A DNA stretch of 64,000 bases, taken from the NCBI RefSeq assembly GCF_018977255.1, contig NW_024704742.1:54438001-54502000 (forward strand), read 5' to 3'. The position numbers were made by a program, and so were the translations under genes. Source of the DNA: Callorhinchus milii (lineage: Eukaryota). How positions within the stretch are numbered: the stretch's first letter is position 1; every line of letters begins with the position of its first letter. This document shows, piece after piece, positions 1-12,108 of the stretch. A model generated the notes under the pieces. It was not told the origin of the DNA and did no database searches. It saw only the letters and a program-made list of their open reading frames with translations.

Positions 1-134
1 GGGTGGGAGAAACCAGGTAACTACAGACCTGTCACTTAACTTCAGTTGTGGGAAAGTTACTGGAATCTCTCATCAGGGACAGAGTGATTGACAACTTGGA
101 AAAGTATGAGCTAATCAAAGAGAGTCAGTATGGA
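1..134 (+). mobile_element. CR1 LINE ORF2 fragment (start of RT domain), cut by window edge
   Basis: Reads, with a frameshift, as KPGNYRPV-LTSVVGKLLESLIRDRVIDNLEKYELIKESQYG, the NYRPVSLTSV...SQHG block of CR1 RT. Confidence 0.85.
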
Positions 135-524
135 ATGAATCAAATTACATTTTTTTGATTTTTGTTACCGATGAGCAATTGTGAACAATTAACAAATAGT
201 TCTACAACTGTTTCCAGATTGCGTGGTTAGGATGAAATATTTGTTATTTAAAGTTTTTATTTGATAATTTGCCGGACAATGCTAAAATAATAAATTAATC
301 ATTCTAGGATCTGAAGGCAGCTTATGTCTTATAATTGGAGTACAGGGATACCGATATACAGATGATTTTTCATAATATAGCTTTTTAAACTAAAGCGAAA
401 AATTTAATTAACATGCTCCTGATCTCTATTTTTTGAAACAATAACCATGTCAGAGTTGCACAAGGCAGTAATTGAGTCACTAATCATGGGCCCTAAAATT
501 GTTTTATTAATAATAATAGTGCTT

Positions 525-810
525 CTAATAATGATAATGCTTGCAATTGATATTGTTCCTTTCACATAAGAGAATGTGTCAAAGGATGTTTACTGTAAAG
601 TGTAGTGACTGTATATTTTGTAGGTGATTGCAGCATCCGATTTGCACACAGCAATGTCCCACAAACAGCCATGAAGTGAATGATCAATTTTATCTGGAGG
701 ATTGTTGCCCAGAACAACAGAGAAACTATTTTCTCTTGTCAATTAGTGCTTTGGGATGTCCCTGAACAGGCAGATGGGACCTCAGTTTAAAGTCTCATCC
801 AAAGAACCGA
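525..810 (-). mobile_element. Deu-domain SINE (SacSINE1-like), 5'-truncated
   Basis: Reverse-oriented tail (aataatgataatgcttgca) plus Deu core CCTGAACAGGCAGATGGGACCTCAGTTTAAAGTCTCATCC, matching the copies at 31835 and 45157. Confidence 0.75.
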
Positions 811-817
811 CACTAAT

Positions 818-882
818 GATGCTCCGAGATGCTACCCCGCGTGAAGTGCGCTATATAAATTCAAGTTGTTGTTATTGTTGTA
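818..882 (+). mobile_element. L2 LINE 3' tail
   Basis: cgtgaagtgcgctatataaattcaag followed by (TTG)n, the same terminus as longer L2 copies. Confidence 0.6.
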
Positions 883-2377
883 ATGGGTTGCTGTGGTTAT
901 ATTGCCAACTCAGGTTGCTGTTGTTGTAATGGTGGCAGAGCTCTGCCCATGAGGACTCAAAGCATGCACAGAGCTGTGCTCATTCACGAATCTTCCACTC
1001 ATTTATGTGCTTCAATTGAGAGTTTTACCATTTAAAAATTACTGATAGGAGTCCCAAGGCAGTATATCTTTCCAGTCAGTAAATACAACAGGCAGTGATA
1101 CAGCAGTCCACCTGTTTCAATCTTTTTTAAAAATAAAATAATTAAATTCAGACTTCAAGCTGACTGCATTTACATTACCATCAGAGGAAAGTCAAGTGAT
1201 GCAAGATCATCACTTAGAGACAGTATCAATTTTACTGAGGCCAGATTATTCTTACTATATGTATGTTACAGAAATTAGGAACTGATAAACTTCAAGTCTC
1301 AGCATGGCAACAGAAACAAATATATGGCAAAAAGACAACACAATGCTGAGGTTGAGAGGCAAGGTACTCAATTAAACTGCAGATCCCATTTATTGGTGTG
1401 GCCATGCAAGCAAAAGCTAATCTTATTGGGAGTCTGGCACGTGCTGATCAAATCATAGCTTGCACAGCTAGGTTCAACCTTCCTGTTCGGGTTTTGGCTT
1501 GCAAGGTTAAGATGAGCCAAGAAAAATGCAAGAATTATTGTAGATAGGAAGATCCTCTTGGGAGTTAAAGTGCTCCTTATGGTCACTTTTAAGGTTTCAG
1601 TGATAATAGCAAAACATTGGTGGTCTGCAGTGATCTTAAGAGACGTTAGGCCAACTAGTTAGGCTGAAATGAAGAGGAGGGGAGCTTTTTTAGTGAGGAT
1701 TGGTAATAATTACCACTATTACCCTATTGTTCTCTGTCGGCCCATCAATGTTTCATTTCGTATCATTTCGTGACATTATTACTGAACTGCAGTATGTTGC
1801 ACACCACTTTCATTTGTGAAACGCCCACAGTTTCTGAAAAGTTCTACCACATTTGTTATCTTTATCCTCTGGGGCCTGCTTTGATTAATATATTCATAGT
1901 GAAGATGTTTTGGGCTTGTGCTAGCAGAAATATATAAATTATTTTCTCCATAAACATATTGAGACAATATATTTGCAACACATCATATAGCAAAATTAAA
2001 AAAACATCATTCACAATGCTTTACAATGAATGATAACGAGTCAATCATGTTTTAAGATCTTATTTTATATCACCAATTCTGTCATAAGTGGGGGAAAATT
2101 AAAAGTATTTTAAAGTGTAAGCCTGACAATATTAATAACCTTTTACAACCTTAATATATATTTTTATATATCAAAACATATAAAAATATATTTTGATAAC
2201 ATATGGGGTTTTAAATGTTGGAAATGTTCGAATAAGTAGAACTATTTAAGATTGATTTATCTGCTCCTGAGTAACTGGCTCAATTATATTTGTGGTTCAT
2301 TGATAGTAAACATGTACCACAATATCATAGTAATGATGTGACAACTATTTAAAAAGTTCCCTTACTGCCTTCTTGTG

Positions 2378-2670
2378 TGGAGTCCTCTAGCTCAGTGGTT
2401 AGAACACCTGGGTTTGATTCCTGCCAGGATGAAACCTTGGGCAAGTTTCCTTACTCCACACGCCTGATAGTAATTCCTCAAGAAAAAATATAATAATTTG
2501 GTCACTCAATTCATGACTGTTGTGGGACACTGTTGTGCGCAATTGGCTGCCGTGTTTCACCCACAAATATACAGTCAATTCACTTTACAGTATATTCTGT
2601 GAAGCGCTTTGAGACGTCTAGACGATGTGAAAAGCATTACATCAAATGCAAGAATTATTATTATATTATA
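2378..2670 (+). mobile_element. tRNA-derived SINE family A (short variant)
   Basis: Head TGGAGTCCTCTAGCTCAGTGGTTAG (A box) and GGTTTGATTCC (B box), body GGGCAAGTTTCCTTACTCCACAC, 3' end ...ATCAAATGCAAG(ATT)n. Confidence 0.9.
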
Positions 2671-2885
2671 TTCTTTGAATGGAGCTTTCTATGTGGAAAG
2701 TATGAGTACTGCTAATATATGAAGGTTTTGGGCAACTTAGGCAAGACGTTGATCCTATGGTTTGTGATCTGACTGAGTTGGCATCAGCACAGAAGCACTC
2801 ACTGACAATGAGCACAAAATCCAATCAGAATGGAGGTATGAGAGGACAAAAGTCCCATCTGGTCATCGAGCATTTTAACTTTAAA

Positions 2886-3028
2886 TTTAAGATTGAGCAG
2901 AATTACAGGAAATTCTCGAATTCTTTTTTAATTTGGCATCTGTATTTTTTGTTAAGAACTGCAGAAGACTGGCTTTCAAATTAAGGTTGAATTTAAGAAT
3001 TTTCCACAATTCTGCACAATCTAAAATT
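2886..3028. mobile_element. AT-rich palindromic MITE-like element
   Basis: ~38-bp imperfect terminal inverted repeats (TTAAGATTGAGCAGAATTACAGGAAATTCTCGAATTC vs revcomp of GAATTTAAGAATTTTCCACAATTCTGCACAATCTAAAA); related arms near 9030, 15720-15865 and 26015. Confidence 0.55.
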
Positions 3029-3235
3029 TTGAGACCAAATGGAATTTTATGCTTTATGTGTCTTGTAGGATCAGGCATAGGCTTGTGGTGCATTTTGTTC
3101 CTGAGCTTGCTCTCACTTGTTGGCCAGTATTGATTTCTCTATTCCTTCCACTAGTATTTAAGCATCAGTCATAAACACAATAAAAACATCCATAGATGTC
3201 CATTGAGGAGCACAACATTTATCAGGAGGCAAACT

Positions 3236-3347
3236 TATAGGGCATGTTAAATACAGTGCATAGGGCATGTTACATAGAGTATATAGAGCATGTTTACACA
3301 CAGTATATAGGGCTGTTACATACATGTAAGTATGTACATACAGTATA
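3236..3347 (+). repeat. ~23-bp minisatellite (GTATATAGGGCATGTTACATACA), left block
   Basis: 4-5 degenerate tandem units; the unit recurs at 3799-3830 and 4411-4555. Confidence 0.8.
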
Positions 3348-3798
3348 TTCTTGCCCAACTCCACTGGCTTCCCATCACACAGAGGATACAGTTCCTGGTC
3401 CTCACTTTCAAAGCCCTCCATGGCCTTGCTCATCCCTACCTGTGCGACCTCTTAACCCACTACCAATCTGTCCGCTCCCTCCACTCAGCGGGCTCCGCCC
3501 TGTTTCACGTCCCCTGTCTCGCCCTCCCCACCATTAGCAGGTGGGCCTTCAACTACTCTACCCCCACCGTCTGGAAATCCATCCCGCAGTTCCTCTGCCT
3601 TGGCCCATCCATTGCCTCCTTCAAGACCCGTTTCACGACCCTCATTTTCGACCTTGCTTTCAGTCACCCTCCTTCCCATCCTGCCCTCCACCCTCCCCAA
3701 TCCTGACCCACAGCTTGAATCCAAAACACTGATTGTCCAAAGCCTTGGGACGTCCTCCCAATGTTAAAGGTGCTATACAAATGCAAGGCGATGATGAT
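3347..3798 (+). mobile_element. L2 LINE 3' end (ORF2 C-terminus, 3' UTR and tail)
   Basis: ORF 3332-3706 ILAQLHWLPITQRIQF..TFKALHGLAHPYLCDLL...FKTRFTTLIF is the typical L2 C-terminus; tail aaaggtgctatacaaatgcaag. Confidence 0.9.
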
Positions 3799-4237
3799 GT
3801 ATATAGGGCATGTTACATACAGTGTATAGGGTGGGTAGCCATGAGTGCATACAAAACTGTGATTAAAAAAAACGTGAGGATAACCATATAAAGGTACAAA
3901 AGGACACTCGAAATGTAAACAAAGAGCGTCTCAAAAATGTATGTACGGTAAACATGCGAGTGCACGGTGCACATCGTGGCACATTCCAAAAACGGCAAGT
4001 GCTCCTTATCAGGGTGTGTGTGGGTGAGCACATGGATGTGATGCACACAGTGGCGACTCCTGACTGTTTTAAAGGGAGCGTTCCAAAAAACGTGTGCAGT
4101 GAAAGAATGTAACATAAATAGTGGAATGTTTTTGTATCGGGAGAAAGGGAAAAATGTAACAGAAGATGCTGTGTTTGTTTTGGATTTCTGTTGTGCCAAA
4201 TATTATATTTATAAATAAATATATAATGACCGGCACT

Positions 4238-4410
4238 GTCTATCACCACCTTCACAACATTGCTGGACTCCGCCACTGCCTCACCCCTCAGGCTGCCGAA
4301 ACCCTCACCCACTCATTCAGCACATCAAGGCTCGATTATGGAAATTCCCTCCTCATTGGCCTTCCCAACTCTTCCCTTCACAAGCTGCAGATCATCCAAA
4401 ACTCTGCAGC
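4238..4410 (+). mobile_element. L2 LINE ORF2 fragment
   Basis: YHHLHNIAGLRHCLTPQAAETLTHSFSTSRLDYGNSLLIGLPNSSLHKLQIIQNSAA contains the L2 SRLDYCN...LQ.IQNSAA motif. Confidence 0.9.
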
Positions 4411-4555
4411 TTACATACGGTATATAGGGCATGTTACATACAGTATATAGGGCATGTCACACACATTTAGTATACAGAGCAAGTCACATACAGTATATAG
4501 GGCATGTCACATATAGTATATAGGACATGTCATGTACAGTGCATAGAGCATGTGC
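4411..4555 (+). repeat. ~23-bp minisatellite, right block
   Basis: About 6 tandem GTATATAGGGCATGTYACATACA-like units. Confidence 0.8.
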
Positions 4556-4611
4556 AAAAGATGACCACAATTCATAAAATTCTATACTATGAAAATCATA
4601 TGGGGCATGGT

Positions 4612-4801
4612 GTAAAGAGTTCTTTTTTCACACAGGGAGCTGTTCAGATCTGGAGCGCATTGCCTGAAAGAGTGGTGGAAGCTGAATCGCCAACAACTTT
4701 TAAGAGAGAAGCAGATAATTATTTGGGGAAGACATGTTTGCAGGGCTATGGGGAGAGATCGGTGGGGTGGGGTTGATTTGGATAGCTCTTTTCAAAGAGC
4801 C
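4612..4801 (+). mobile_element. CR1 LINE 3' end
   Basis: FFTQGAVQIWSALPERVVEAESPTTFKREAD is the CR1 FFTQRVV..WN.LP..VVEA..FK motif; 3' UTR cagggctatggggagag follows. Confidence 0.85.
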
Positions 4802-5514
4802 AATTGTTTAGGTTTAGTTTAGGTTAAGCACTTACAACAATAACAACTTCAACAACAACTTGCATTTATATATCGGCCCTCATGCAGGGCTGCATTCTAG
4901 AGCACTTGGACGCTTTTGCTAGCAGGGTATGTTATTATACTTACTTTGCATGTAATTATTTTCACTTTGTAAAGTGCTTTAAGACATCTTTACATGAAAA
5001 TGTTGTACAACTAGTTGTAGGTATTATTGTATCATGAATGGTAGATGCCTCCCATAGTGCACTGTCCCTAGTTACAGTATTTTCTTACTGAGGTGAGAAT
5101 CATGACTCACGCAATGTTCATTTCATCCAATAAACAGCTTTAAAGTAAAGAATAGAGCGACAAAAAGGGATTCCTGCTAACAGTGTTTTGCTTTCTATTA
5201 TTTTAAAATATGGAACAATTTAATGGAATATACCCCCTTTACCCTCAGAGTACTGTTGAACAATTAGCTAGATATGAAACAGTTAATTCTGATGGTATAA
5301 ACTTAGAAATGCTTGTATCCTTACTCATTTCCCTATTTACCTTTCTTAGCCTATTTCAGTCTTTATGTATCTGAGTCCCTTAATCTCTGCTAAACATGTA
5401 CTGTTCCTTGCTGCCAGGCATTATTTAACATATGCACTAGTTAATAGTCCTGTCCATAATGACACATTGTGTGAAAGAGAACACAGTCTATATCCTACTT
5501 GCCGGAAATCCACA

Positions 5515-5620
5515 CTTGCCCACAAATATACAGTCAATTCACTTTACAGTATATTCTTTGAAGCGCTTTGAGACTTCTAGAAGACATGAAAAGCTCTATA
5601 TCAAAAAATGCAAGGATTTC
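5515..5620 (+). mobile_element. SINE 3' fragment (tail shared by family A and Deu SINE)
   Basis: GCCCACAAATATACAGTCAATTCACTTTACAGTATATTC...GAAAAGCTCTATATC. Confidence 0.8.
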
Positions 5621-6335
5621 TGTCATTAGTAATTGCCATACACAGTCAAGAAGTAGACAGGGCTATTGGTGAGAAGTAATGGTGCTAATATCTTAAGCAA
5701 TTTGAGACATTACATCTCCAGGTATAATTTCCTCGAAAACTATGGAGAAATTAAAATGATGCAAACTGAATAATAACATTCAAGATTATAATTATTAAGT
5801 AGGAGACATCATGAAAATAAAGGCTATATAAAGGACAGTAATGTATGATAACCTATTAAACCTATTACATTAAGGAGATGAAATGTATAAGACGAGGGGG
5901 GGATTTTCCAACTCAGTCAAGATTTATTGTATGTAGTTAGCATTGTAATGTCTTCATTTTGAAGCTGATTTTCTCTATATTCTTTTAAGAACTACATTTA
6001 TATAAAATAAATATACAGCCAGGTGGAATTTCTCCTTTAAGTGCTTTGGTGTAAAATGTTTCCCATCTGTAAAATATAAATATAATGTTGTGAAGATATT
6101 CTAATTTGGATGCTGTATCCACCACCCCAAGGATGACTGCTATTTTCAGTTTCATTTAACAGCAGGGAGTTGAAGGCTTTTGTAGCTAAAACAAAGAATA
6201 TCGAAATCCAGTGGTTACAATACTTTAGTACAGTCCAGTATTTCCACTCTAAAACCAGTATCAAACCGTCTGATGTGCATTGAAGATTTGGAGAATAGGA
6301 TGAAGAGGAAGAATGCCAGTGTTATGTCATATAAT

Positions 6336-6512
6336 AATCATCATCATAATAATAATAATAATTCTTGCATTTGAAATTGCAATTTATCACAACACATCTC
6401 AAAGTGCTTCATAGGATTTATTATAAAGTGACTGTGTATATGTAGGGGGACACAGCAGTTAATTTATACTCAGCAAAATCCCACAAACATCGTGAAGTGA
6501 ATGACCAATTTT
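6336..6512 (-). mobile_element. SINE 3' fragment
   Basis: (AAT)n then cttgcatttg...cccacaaaca..gaagtgaatgaccaattt, the reverse complement of the SINE tail. Confidence 0.7.
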
Positions 6513-6551
6513 GTCATTAGCAGCAGATGGCTAGAGCGAGAGGGGGCGCTA

Positions 6552-6622
<71 letters not shown>

Positions 6623-6623
6623 G
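6552..6623 (+). repeat. (TCTG)18 microsatellite
   Basis: Perfect tetranucleotide run, 72 bp. Confidence 0.97.
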
Positions 6624-7395
6624 CAGCACACCCCCTAAACGAGATGAACTGTAGGTAAATGGCCACTCGTTCTTTCTTCTTCCTCACCACTCAGGCACCC
6701 TACCAGCCTTAAAGATGCCCTCCATTGCCCTCCTCGCCATACACACTCAGAATATGAAAATGAAATTAATATGAAACATGAAAAGAGCAGGGAATTGAGA
6801 TTAGCATAATTAGCTCCACTGGTTAAGGCTCAATGGGTCAAATGGACTTTTCTGTACTGTAATTTCTGTTGTTCTTAGTGATGTAATAAAACCACATCAC
6901 TACAGTTTATTCAATAGAGTTTATGTCCTGATTTGTATCCAATCTTTGTCAGTAGGTCAGCTATGAAATACAGGGCATGCAAGAGTTCCTTGACTCTGAA
7001 GCTAGGTTGCTCAAAGACCATGGTTGTTCCAGATCAAATACTTCTAATTAAAACACATCCAGAGGATCAGACATACAGGACAAAATTAAACAAAAATTTT
7101 GCTCAAGGAATACATTCTAATGTCTTTAATGAAGCAGAAAATGTTCTTGCCTGAAAGTTCAAAGTTCTAGGAGTCTTCAGAGATTACTGGGGAGAGAGGG
7201 AACGTGAATGTTTCCCAATGTAAGTAATCGTCCAAAGGAAATTGATAATGGGAGGTAGACTAAAGGAAAAGAGCAAAAGGAAACATTTCCCCTGTTAACA
7301 TGCAACTGCAATGAATGTTCTCCAAGGATTTCTGCATTATGTGGAAGGGCTTGTTTCACACATATATATATATATGTATGTATAGATATATATAC

Positions 7396-7682
7396 AATAA
7401 CATTAATAATCCTTGCATTTCATATAGCGCCTTATCACGTCTTCAAGACATCTCAAAGCAGTTCACAGAATATACTGGAAAGTGAATTGACTGTATATTT
7501 TGTGGGCGAAACGCGACAGCCAATTACGCACAGCAGTGTCCCACAAACAGCCGTGGATTGAATGACCAAATTATTATTATTATTTTGGAAGGATTATTAC
7601 CCCCAGGAAGTGGTCCGGCAATCGACTACTTACTGCAAGGTAAACAGATGTGTGTGGAGTAAGGAAACTTAACCAACGTTTT
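7396..7682 (-). mobile_element. tRNA-derived SINE family A (long variant), head missing
   Basis: Reverse tail aataatccttgcatttcatatagcgcc through gtgtggagtaaggaaact. Confidence 0.85.
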
Positions 7683-10600
7683 GTGTTCTATATAGATATA
7701 GATACATAAACAGAAAAGTGAACAGAGAACAAGAGAACCATTGTGACAAAAAAAATGGATATCTACGGTATTATTGTTGGCACTCAAAACCAGCTCTTCA
7801 TCTAACTTCAAACATTTTCCTGCTATATTTTTTGTTTTCAAAATTTTGTGTTCTTATCTTTTATCAATTGCAGAAAATTGGTGCTTATATTCCCTTTTAC
7901 TGTGTTTTCAGAGATAAAGCTACAGTTTCTTTCAGGATTTCCTTTGGTTCGTTCCGTTTTCCTTGGGCAAGTGAAACTGCAAAGTACCCAAACCACTTTA
8001 AGGTATAAATGATGCACATGATGTGCACGTGATGTATGCCCACAACATACAGTGACTGAGGTGAATAGTACATTTGTATTTTCTGTGCACGAGCATATAG
8101 GCTTATACTGAAAATATTCATGTCCCAGCAATTTTGAAAGAACCCAGGGCTTTCCAGAGCAATTATACTATGATATTGCATAACATTTATCAGTATAAAG
8201 GACATTGGAAGCATTCCTTTTAATTTCAAATATATGCAGTATATTGCTTTATAACTATTTTCACGATATAAATAATTTATTTTGTTAGTATAAATCTATT
8301 TTAAATATGTAAATATATACTGTGCATATAGATTTACAAAAAATCTAACATCGAGAAAAGCATGGTTAGAGGAAAGCCTTCAAGTGATTTGCCTATTAAT
8401 TATTTTTGCTAACGTTTCCCAAGCTTAATGGCTTTAAATTTTAATCTCTGAAATGTAATATATGGGTTATTTCTTAATAGGTTTCTTAATAAGGAATTTG
8501 TATCATATTTCTTAACAAAATACCAGAATTTAAACACCACAGTCTGAATTTCTGTCTAATAGCATGCATATTACTGCATATATTATATATAGAGGATTAA
8601 ATGATAGTTTCTGATTTCAAGATTCAGTGCAGTATATCTGAAATGTTTAGGAGTCAGTAATGAACCTCTCTGTGTGTGATTATTTAGTACCATTATTATA
8701 ATTGTTAAATCTACTGATGGGCAGAATTCTGTAAATATTAAAAGGTGTATTTATAATACCAAACACTGTCATTATATAATACATTTCATATAGGATTAAC
8801 ATCTGAAAGTATTCCACAGAAATGATAGGGATCCACAAGCAAGGAAGAGAGAAAGGAGAACTTGAGGGTTCATAGCAAATACTATGTCAAAGAGGTTTTT
8901 TAATAGAATTGTTAAGGAAGGGATTTTAAGAACTTTGGAAAACTGGTGAATAATATTAATAGTACTTGGGTTTGATATATTGTCATCGAGGTGTCCCAAA
9001 GTGCTTCAGTAACTATTTGTTTTCCAAATTAAGACAGAATTGAAGAATTTTCCACAATTCATCACAATCTTAAATTTCAAAATAAAAATGCTCATAACTG
9101 TCTATGTAGGAAAAGAAAGAATTTCTGGCCTGATGTTGCTAGCTCTCCAGTGGTTGTGTACCTTTCCTTCAATAAACATGGGCCTCAGCCCAGGTGTAAG
9201 ACATATGTAAGATATCCATGGCATAGCTATGGAGCTACTATAGCATTTGCAACCAATGAAAATCAAACTAATTTTCGATTCATGGCCATTGTGCTCTCTG
9301 CATGGCATTAACTGCAAATAAATTGTAAGCAGCTCATTATGAAGGGTGAATGACCCCATTTAACAAACAGCAGCCAATGTGGCCTTTCACTACAATCCTG
9401 CATTACACCTTGGTGCCAAAATCCCAGAAGCTGCTTGATACCTTCCAAAAGGACATAAGATCATGTTTCACATATTCATTCTTATGTGGCTTAAATGCAC
9501 TTTGGCGTAGAAGATTACTTATAATGTCAGCAATAGGGAAGCTGCTAAGGGCAAGTGTGTAATCAAAGTCAATTTCCAGCAAGCTTTTGTAAAATAGATA
9601 TTTTTAATCCGTTTTTCCAGATGTGATACAAAATTATTATTTAGGCATTATTTAGCATATTTGCCTGCAGTATGTTTGCTGCCTTTTTTTCTTCAACCAT
9701 TTTCAAGACTGCTATTCTAATAAGGACACATATCTCACAACATTAACCTTGTTAGTTGCAGGGAAGAAACAAAATCTTTGAGACCTTTTACTGAGCTACG
9801 AACAATCAAGTCACAGACATTATAGAATTATTCAGCATTCATCCGATCATAACTGTGCCAATCTCTGAAAACATATCCATTTTGTCCCATTCCCCTGTCC
9901 TTTTACAAAGAAATCCATATAACTTTACAGCATGGAAACAAGCCATTCAACCAAACTAGTCCATGCTAGTGTTTATATTTCACATCAGCCTTTACCCCTC
10001 TTAATCCCCTTTTCCCATACTTAATTTTTCCCTCATGTATGTCCTTTCACCACACAGTTTTATAGTATTCTTAAACAAATATTTTGCTAAATCCCTTTTA
10101 AATTTTCTTTGGATTCTACATCAAGCATCATGTTGGTACAATATTTGATTTCCGAATAATCCATTCCAATACAGTGCAAGGGGATGGGGGGAGGAAGAAG
10201 TGCTGCGATTTCAGAAGCGCCATTGCTTGCCAACAAACCCCCAAATAAAGAGAAAGTGGTTTCTTTCCAACGATCCCGCAAATAAAATAGGTTACTCAAT
10301 TTATGGTTGTTCGCAGTCTTTGCTGTGTGCACATTCGCTACTGTGTTCGTTTACAAAATACACAGTTGCTAAACTTTATTGTAAATACTATAAAACTCTT
10401 TGATATGTCCTCCTGACTGAAAGGCATTATTTTTATTAAAATAATAATAAGGAACAGCTTTTACATGGAGAGTCAGAAAAGAAAGAACTAGCAAAGGTTC
10501 CTAAAAGTGCAATCCAGATCCCTTACATTGTACATAAGACTTGCAATGTTGGAACTTGCCCTTATACTTGCCCTTATTACATATATGCTTCAGGGGTTAA

Positions 10601-11422
10601 CAAATGATTCTGCATACTGGAGTTTATGATGACACATGTCTCTCTACACACTGGTTCTGTACATTTTCACTTCACACATTAGGATCAAATTTGTGGTTCA
10701 TATGACATTTATTACATTGAATAGGCCAGAGGCAGACACCATAACAATGTTTTCAATCCTGAAGTTCAAGAAGCGACATTGAACTTGTGAATTACAGCCT
10801 TTGAGTGTTGCTTAGGTTTTTGAGCGTTTTGTTCACAAATTATAATAACACATTAATTGAAGCTCTTAAATGAAAATAATGCATTGGTTTACCTAGTTCA
10901 ATTGTAGTCAGATGCTGTGTTATCAACCTCAAGGAAATGTTAGGAGTGAGATTTATGATCAAAAAAGATGTGATTCAATCACAGGAGCACATCATCTATC
11001 ATTGTCTGTCTTGGCATCCTCTGTTGACAAAAAACTGCTTGCAAAAAGCTGAAGAGAACTGCCCCCTTTGAGCTCCACTTGTAAATATTATAAGGAATAA
11101 AATAGGTTAGAGTGTGTTTCAAGGACATAATGCATCTCAGCTGGAGATGATAAATTGCTTGAGATTCACTTGCCTGTCTTCCGATGTTGTCTCAATCCTT
11201 TAAAACGTTATTGCTTTGTCGCACATGTCAGCCCATGAGTTATCTTGTACAGAATAAAGCTCTAAAATACCCTCTCAAAACATGCATCTACATCCACACA
11301 CATACACAAACATTCTTACACTCCTTGTGTAAATAAAGAAGGATCAGAGACTTGTGTCTATATAGGTAATCCAATAATGGGTCATCAGCCGCTGTTGGAA
11401 TGTTTGAGGGCTCCATACCATA

Positions 11423-11786
11423 TAACAATACTAATAATAGTAATCCTTGCATTTAATATAATGCCTCATCAAGTCATTGAGACGTCTTGAAGAGCTTCAC
11501 AGAATATATTATAAAATGAATTGACTGTGTATTTTGTGGAAGAAACGCTGCAGTCAATTTCGCACAGCAGTGTCCCGCAAACAGTTGTGGATTGAGGGAT
11601 CAAACTTTTTTTGAAGGGATTATTATCCCTGGAAAAGCGATCCGTCAATCGACTAACAACCGGGTTCCGACTTACTGCTAGGCAAATAGAGGTGTGTGGA
11701 GTAAGGAAACTTATCTAAGGTTTCACCTTGTCCGGCTCCTCTTGCTTGTAAGGCGAGTGCTCTAACCATTATGCTACAGGACTCCA
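11423..11786 (-). mobile_element. tRNA-derived SINE family A (long variant), near full length
   Basis: Ends in GCTACAGGACTCCA (revcomp of the head) and includes the long-variant segment aatcgactaacaaccgggttcc. Confidence 0.9.
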
Positions 11787-12108
11787 CGGTATTTTCCAAC
11801 AATTTTGTTCAGATGGCTTTAGATTTATTAAAGTCAGATGTTTACTCATCATTAGAGTGTATAAAGAGAACTATTTTTTCGGGTGACTCACAGAATCTAT
11901 TACATTATACTCCACTCTACCTTTAGAGATCATTTTACATAGCAAGGTCACTGTTCATTAATGGTAAGTGCTGTTTATTTTCTCCAAGCTTATATAGATA
12001 GATTTAATTAGAAGGTACAGCACTGAAACAGGCCATTTAGCCCAACTAGTCCGTGTGCTGGTGTTTATACTCCATGTGAATCAACACCCACTCCTTATTC
12101 CCTCCCAT

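Noticed and set aside
1360..1590. Harbinger transposase relic (YSIKLQ...GSLA...LLG)
   Set aside because: Motif similarity is too weak to distinguish from chance
3236..4555. CRISPR-like repeat-spacer array
   Set aside because: Eukaryotic DNA; units are tandem without unique spacers, and the interruptions are TE fragments
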